Below are positions 17,041-20,227 of a stretch of DNA of 20,227 bases, piece after piece. The number at the start of each line of letters is the position of its first letter. The first letter of the stretch is position 1. Origin of the DNA: an uncultured bacterium (GTDB lineage Bacteria; Hydrogenedentota; Hydrogenedentia; Hydrogenedentales; JAEUWI01); NCBI GenBank assembly GCA_963977445.1, contig CAXBPH010000117.1, positions 1 to 20,227 on the forward strand, in the 5' to 3' direction. The notes below the pieces were generated by a model. The model did no database searches, was not told where the DNA came from, and saw only the letters and a program-made list of their open reading frames with translations. A program made the translations under genes and the position numbers.

Positions 17041-17199
17041 AGGACTTCCTTTTCGGGTGGGTGAATGGTAAACATTCCGTCAACTATATCGCCGCTGGAC
17101 CGTGGGAGACAAGCACCGCCGGTTGAAATGGGAACGCGCACGGCACGCATTGCGAAATAACCGTAAACCGCCTCGCCCAAGGCAGGTTGAGGTCGCACC

Positions 17200-18021
17200 T
17201 CAGGCCACCTGACGCTCCATGGTAATGGCACCATAGCCGACGACACGCCGCGTATCCCCACTGGCCCAGGCACTGGTCCGATAGTCGAGGAGCTGCCACT
17301 GGGTTGTATTCGTCGCATTGGCATAGGCCATGGCGGTTACCACGGCGGTCACGCCACACAAAGAGCAACGCCCCGCTGCCGCCTTGTTCTGAAGCGCCGA
17401 TGCATCACGCTTCAGCACTTGATTGAGGGATCGCTTGTCCATGGCATTGGCCTGACTTTCTGGCAAAAAATGAGAAAGGTCGGTGGACGCAAGGACCAGA
17501 TCTTCCGGTGTGAGGTAGTCCGCCAGGGCGGCCCCAAAGCGCTGGTGAAATTCCGAGGGTGCTGCGCCAAAAAGTATGGGCACCAATTGAAACTCACCTT
17601 GCAATACCATTTGCAGAAAGGGAAGTTGCACTTCGAGAGAGTGCTCCCCACTGTGGGCCTGGGAACAGGTGGAGCCAAAGTCGGACACCAACGCCCCCGC
17701 GAGTTCTTCATCGACGGGCACCACACCAAGGGGCGTCTCATAGGCCCCTTTCGAAAAAATAGAGGGCCCTTCAAATTGATGGTGGTGGGAGCAGCCCAGC
17801 AGTATGACCCGTCGCACCGCCTTCCCATAGAGTCGCTTGAAGGCGTGGGCGGCGGTCAAGCCAGAATAGGGATAGCCCGCGTGGGGCGCGATGATGGCCT
17901 GTACCGCGTCCGGGGCGGGTTCAGATGTGGCCTCCGCCAGATGTCGTTCTATCGTCCTTCTTAATGTTGGGGCATGTTCCGGGTAAAATCGCCCCGCAAC
18001 TGCGGGCTTTCGTATGGGCAT
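17200..18021 (-). CDS. amrB: MEMO1-family protein (AmmeMemoRadiSam system protein B)
   Basis: RKPAVAGRFYP, IAPHAGYPYSG, GCSHH, ETPLG, EHSLEVQLPFLQ, STDLSHF, CG, VVGYGA. ATG at 18021 with GAGG RBS (track start 18066). Confidence 0.93.
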   Translation of the reverse strand: MPIRKPAVAGRFYPEHAPTLRRTIERHLAEATSEPAPDAVQAIIAPHAGYPYSGLTAAHAFKRLYGKAVRRVILLGCSHHHQFEGPSIFSKGAYETPLGVVPVDEELAGALVSDFGSTCSQAHSGEHSLEVQLPFLQMVLQGEFQLVPILFGAAPSEFHQRFGAALADYLTPEDLVLASTDLSHFLPESQANAMDKRSLNQVLKRDASALQNKAAAGRCSLCGVTAVVTAMAYANATNTTQWQLLDYRTSAWASGDTRRVVGYGAITMERQVA

Positions 18022-18226
18022 AATCCTGCACCTCTTCAGGTTAACGAGCCGTCCCGACCCCTTCATGATACTCCATTACCACCAAATGGGAAAGGTTTTT
18101 TCGGCCCCATGTGGTTGCATCACCGCTGGGCCGGGCGGTATCCTTCGGCATTCACGCTGGCGGTGAACATCCGCTGAACACAACGTCACTTCGACCTCCG
18201 GGTCGCCTTCAATCAAGGAATTCCCC

Positions 18227-18997
18227 ATGACCACCATCCTTTCCTGGAATGTAAACGGTATGCGCGCCGTACTGAAAAATGGTTTCCTGGAGTGGTTCGA
18301 AGCCACCCAGCCCGATATTCTTTGCATCCAGGAATCCCGCGCCCTTCCCGACGACCTGGAAGAATCCGTATTACGCCCCGCCGGATACAACACCTATTTC
18401 AATCCCGCGAAGAAAAAGGGCTATAGCGGCACGGCCGCCTTCGTTAAAGATGGTTTAACCCCCTTATCCGTCAAAAACTCAGGTGTGGAACGTTTCGATG
18501 ATGAGGGACGTATCCAAATGCTTGAGTTCAAAGATTTCACCATCCTGAATGGCTACTGGCCGAACAGTCAGGCCAAGCGCGCCCGGATTGACTACAAACT
18601 GGACTACTGCGAGACCAAGGCAAAAATTGCCAACAAACTCGTAAAAGCCGGCAAGAATGTCATCTTGTGTGGCGACATGAATATTGCCCACACCGAGATT
18701 GACCTTGCACGTCCGAAAGATAATGAAAACAATGCGGGCTACTACATTGAAGAACGGGAAGCCATGACCAAATTTCTTGGGCACGGCTATGTGGATACCT
18801 TCCGCCACCACCACCCCGATGCGGTCGATGAATATTCCTGGTGGTCCTATCGCACCCGCGCCCGCGCCCGGAATATCGGCTGGCGCATTGACTACCACCT
18901 GGTCAACAAGGCCTTTATGCCCCGCGTGAAAGACGCCTTTATTCTGCAGGATGTTTTGGGTTCTGACCATTGTCCCGTTGGCATCACCATTTCCTGA
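18227..18997 (+). CDS. xth: Exodeoxyribonuclease III / AP endonuclease
   Basis: SWNVNG, CIQE, KKGYSGTA, EGR, GDMNIAH, YSWWSYR, GWRIDY, GSDHCP; AAGGA RBS. Confidence 0.97.
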   Translation: MTTILSWNVNGMRAVLKNGFLEWFEATQPDILCIQESRALPDDLEESVLRPAGYNTYFNPAKKKGYSGTAAFVKDGLTPLSVKNSGVERFDDEGRIQMLEFKDFTILNGYWPNSQAKRARIDYKLDYCETKAKIANKLVKAGKNVILCGDMNIAHTEIDLARPKDNENNAGYYIEEREAMTKFLGHGYVDTFRHHHPDAVDEYSWWSYRTRARARNIGWRIDYHLVNKAFMPRVKDAFILQDVLGSDHCPVGITIS

Positions 18998-19025
18998 TTT
19001 TTACAATTTCAACGGAGTTTCGACT

Positions 19026-19607
19026 ATGGCTTCCCCGGTAACTACCAAGCGCGGCGACACAGGCACCACCATGATTCTGGGCGGTCAGCGTTTGCCCAAA
19101 TCCCATCAAATTCTTGAAACCACAGGGCGGGTTGATTCCCTTCGTGCCCAAACAGCCCTCCTTCGCCTCCAGATTATGGAGCGAGGATCGGCGACGCAGA
19201 AAGAGCTGGTAGAACCCCTCTTCTGGCTCCTCCACTGCTATTTTCTCATTGGTACCGCCGTGAACGACCCGGAATGCGTCCACCCGGAATACCGTCAGAC
19301 GGATCTCGATGGGACTCATCTCGAGCGGCTGGAAGCAACACAAACGAACCTGGAAAGCAAGGTTACCCTACCCAAGTCCTTCATCGTATCCGCCTCCAAC
19401 CTGCTCTCCGCCCAGGCCGACATCACCGCTACCGTCGCCCGGGAACTGGAACGTGCCCTGGTACAGCTGAAGGAAAGCGTCCCGGCCTTTGAAGTGACGA
19501 CCATCCTGGCCTTCATCAATCGCCTGAGTGACTCCCTCTACATCATGGCGCGCTTTCTGGAAGAAGGGGAGCACGTTCCAGTCGATTACAGCGCCTTGGA
19601 CCGGTAG
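19026..19607 (+). CDS. PduO/MMAB-type ATP:cob(I)alamin adenosyltransferase family protein
   Basis: TTKRGDTGTT, G-x-VD, F-I, TVARELER, INRLSD, MAR. ATG at 19026 with GGAG upstream (track start 18951 overlaps xth). Confidence 0.85.
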   Translation: MASPVTTKRGDTGTTMILGGQRLPKSHQILETTGRVDSLRAQTALLRLQIMERGSATQKELVEPLFWLLHCYFLIGTAVNDPECVHPEYRQTDLDGTHLERLEATQTNLESKVTLPKSFIVSASNLLSAQADITATVARELERALVQLKESVPAFEVTTILAFINRLSDSLYIMARFLEEGEHVPVDYSALDR

Positions 19608-19638
19608 TAACCAACACACACAACTTCTATGACGAAAT

Positions 19639-19672
19639 AAGCCCCCGGTACCTCACGGTATCGGGGGCTTTT
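19639..19672. terminator. Intrinsic terminator, probably bidirectional
   Basis: AAGCCCCCGGTACC-tcac-GGTATCGGGGGCTT(TT), a 14-bp stem with one G-U pair, between convergent genes. Confidence 0.85.
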
Positions 19673-19695
19673 GATAGGATCTAATGGAATGCGAA

Positions 19696-20227
19696 TCAGG
19701 CGACGCGCTTCCGGCTGCGGTAGGCCAACCCGGCCAGGCCCATGCCCAGAAGGCTCATGGTGGCGGGTTCGGGAACGGGAGCTGCACCAGGAGAGACTGC
19801 GGTGATGAGCCGGGTCCAGTCGCCGGGAGAATCTGCCGCCCAGTCGATATCTACACTGCCGCCGTTGAAGGTGGTCGTATCGCCGCCTTCCAGCCCGCGC
19901 AAACCAAAGTCACCGTAATCGATTCCCGGGCGCCCGAGGTAATCGCTGTTACTTAAACGGGTATCGCCCGTGATAAAGGCGAAGATTGCCGAATCAAAAT
20001 TCAAGGTCGCCTGCACCCGGGTCCTAGTCAGGGGATCCCACTGCACGTAGTGACTGGATACCACGGTGCCCGCCTTGATGAAATAGTTACCGGCACTTCC
20101 CCCCACATAACTTTCCGCAGGATTGGCCACCCGATCGACAAACAGGTCCTGGGTCAAGGTGAAATTCTGAATTTCATCCCAAACGTAGAGAATAGCGTCG
20201 TTGTAGCCATTGCCCACCAGTGTGAAT
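19696..20227 (-). CDS. PEP-CTERM sorting-domain surface protein, 5'-truncated by window edge
   Basis: C-terminus VPEPATMSLLGMGLAGLAYRSRKRVA (PEP motif, TM helix, basic tail); frame stays open to the window end. Confidence 0.92.
   Translation of the reverse strand, partial: FTLVGNGYNDAILYVWDEIQNFTLTQDLFVDRVANPAESYVGGSAGNYFIKAGTVVSSHYVQWDPLTRTRVQATLNFDSAIFAFITGDTRLSNSDYLGRPGIDYGDFGLRGLEGGDTTTFNGGSVDIDWAADSPGDWTRLITAVSPGAAPVPEPATMSLLGMGLAGLAYRSRKRVA

Noticed and set aside
17025..17368. Short minus-strand ORFs (99 aa and 94 aa) between amrB and the Nif3-like gene
   Set aside because: They overlap amrB out of frame, with no RBS or motif support.

Overview
Bacterial chromosomal window, most likely from a diderm (PEP-CTERM protein, LPS-type glycosyltransferases), made up mostly of housekeeping and signalling genes. 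Order: 3' end of rsfS and a stand-alone atypical Ser/Thr kinase (+); a self-contained minus-strand unit of two paralogous small peptides (39 aa, missed by the ORF track, and 65 aa) with its own sigma70-like promoter, ~185-nt leader and terminator; a long minus-strand run (metallophosphoesterase, hisB, hisH, tandem USP, HDOD, small acidic protein, GT4, GT4, GT2, ABC-F ATPase); a divergent membrane-anchored alpha-solenoid Ser/Thr kinase (+); a minus-strand run (MEMO1/AmmeMemoRadiSam B, Nif3-like, glgA, tsaE); xth and a PduO-type adenosyltransferase (+); and the 3' part of a PEP-CTERM gene (-). I saw no rRNA, tRNA, CRISPR array or mobile element. The most novel signal is the peptide pair at 1346-1692, which shares the N-terminal motif MK-x(0,1)-H-x-R-x-VSK-x-P-x-x-[AS]-QSNFQ-x-K, conserved at protein level despite mostly synonymous codon changes. 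All calls come from reading the sequence and recalling family motifs; no searches were run.
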